From: Gemmata obscuriglobus
Lineage (GTDB): Bacteria > Planctomycetota > Planctomycetia > Gemmatales > Gemmataceae
Direction of reading: 5' to 3'
Assembly (NCBI RefSeq): GCF_008065095.1
Contig: NZ_CP042911.1
Coordinates: forward strand, 1,800,001-1,832,000
Length of the DNA: 32,000 nucleotides
Shown here: one piece after another, positions 31,048 through 32,000 of the stretch
Layout: each line of letters begins with the position of its first letter
Numbering within the stretch: position 1 is the first letter of the stretch
Position numbers and translations under genes: made by a program
The notes under the pieces: generated by a model
Database searches by the model: none
Told to the model about the DNA's origin: nothing
Seen by the model: only the letters and a program-made list of their open reading frames with translations

Positions 31048-32000
31048 ATGCCGGGTTCTGTTCTCCACGCCGTGGCGCGGCTGACCGCGCCCGATCCACG
31101 CACGGACGCGGGCCTGGTGCGGGCGTTCCTGACCGGCTCGGACGAGGGCGCGTTCGCGGAGCTGGTGCGGCGGCACGGGCCGACGGTGCTGGGCGTGTGC
31201 CGCCGCGCATTGGGCGCGACGCCGGACGCGGAAGACGCGTTCCAGGCGACGTTCCTGGTGCTGGTGCGCCGCGCCCGCTCGACCGAGTGGCGCGACGCGC
31301 TCGGCCCGTGGCTGTACGGCGTCGCGCTCAAGGTCGCCCGCAAGGCCCGTGCGGCCCGTGTGAAGCGCCGCACCCACGAACGGCCGGAGCGCCCGATGAC
31401 CGAACCTGCGACCCCGCCCGCCGAGCCCGACGACGCGGTCGCCGTTCTGGACGAGGAGCTGGCCGCGCTGCCGGCGCGGTACCGGGCGCCGCTGGTGCTG
31501 TGCGAGATCCGGGGCGCGAGCCGCCGGGACGCGGCCCGCGAGCTGGGGCTCGCCGAGGGCACGCTCTCCAGCCGCCTCGCCCGCGGGCGCAAGCTGCTGC
31601 GCGAGCGGCTCGCGCGGCGCGGGGTCGCGCCCGCGGCCGGTGGGCTGGCGGTCGCTGTGCCGGCGGGGCTGGCCGGGGCCACCGTGCGGCACGCGACCCA
31701 CGCACTGGCGCGGGCGGCGGGGGCCGTTCCGGTCGCAATTCTGTCTCTCACGGAAGAGGTCACGAAAACCATGATCGCGAAATGGAAACTGGCGCTGGCG
31801 GCGGTGGCCACCTGCGCCACACTCACCACCCTCGGCGCGTGGAACACATCGGCGCATCCCGTGCCGGTCAGTAACGTTTCGGCCGCAGTGGCACGAGCCG
31901 ACGAGAAGAAGTCGGCTCCGCCGGCCAAGCAACCCGCCCCTGAGCGGGCGAAGGCCGAGGACGGTGCGGAGCGGGTCGCCACTATTTTCGGCGATGTGGC
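31048..32000 (+). CDS. ECF-type sigma factor with a C-terminal extension containing a transmembrane helix; 3' end runs off the window
   Basis: Absent from the ORF track because there is no stop codon. ATG at 31048 preceded by GGAGG; the frame is open to position 32000. FAELVRRHGPTVLGVCRR, DAEDAFQATFLVLVRR, WLYGVALKVARKA (region 2). LPARYRAPLVLCEIRGASRRDAARELGLAEGTLSSRLARGRKLLRERL (region 4). Then the hydrophobic stretch WKLALAAVATCATLTTLGAW (~31783-31845). Confidence 0.8.
   Translation, partial: MPGSVLHAVARLTAPDPRTDAGLVRAFLTGSDEGAFAELVRRHGPTVLGVCRRALGATPDAEDAFQATFLVLVRRARSTEWRDALGPWLYGVALKVARKARAARVKRRTHERPERPMTEPATPPAEPDDAVAVLDEELAALPARYRAPLVLCEIRGASRRDAARELGLAEGTLSSRLARGRKLLRERLARRGVAPAAGGLAVAVPAGLAGATVRHATHALARAAGAVPVAILSLTEEVTKTMIAKWKLALAAVATCATLTTLGAWNTSAHPVPVSNVSAAVARADEKKSAPPAKQPAPERAKAEDGAERVATIFGDV

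Noticed and set aside
27277-31932. 1551-aa ORF on the minus strand
   Set aside because: It is antisense to the WD40-caspase gene and the ECF sigma gene, both of which have clear catalytic or sigma motifs and SD sequences. The composition is Arg/Gly/Pro-rich with no recognisable domain.

Overview
This is a very GC-rich, gene-dense chromosomal window. Its gene content looks like a Planctomycetota (Gemmataceae-like) genome: an adjacent DUF1549/DUF1553 + DUF1501 pair, a DUF1559 'H-X9-DG' prepilin-like protein, DUF1080, a sulfatase, WD40 proteins, and ECF sigma factors, one of them with a membrane-spanning C-terminal extension. I support about 25 protein-coding genes. Two run off the window ends and are therefore missing from the ORF track (1..817 on the minus strand, 31048..32000 on the plus strand). 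I found no rRNA, tRNA or CRISPR array. Many long ORFs in the track are antisense shadow ORFs typical of high-GC DNA and were discarded. Points worth a second look: (1) an IS200/RAYT-type Y1 transposase gene bracketed by inverted REP-like palindromes (2024-2852); (2) an hrpB helicase gene split into two frames exactly at a 12-nt G/C homopolymer, which sits inside an in-frame palindromic-repeat insertion (22224-22340); (3) one 735-aa ORF fusing a degenerate CobT-like domain, an NMN/NaMN adenylyltransferase and an NAD kinase; (4) a zinc-ribbon/TM/WD40/caspase (C14) protein next to a membrane-tethered ECF sigma factor; (5) two copies of a ~185-nt structured intergenic element with a conserved frame and non-homologous but self-complementary central arms; (6) a ~1.4-kb gap without a recognisable gene upstream of an orphan ECF sigma factor, containing one small ORF with a strong Shine-Dalgarno. 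All functional calls come from reading motifs in the translations by eye. No database search was run.
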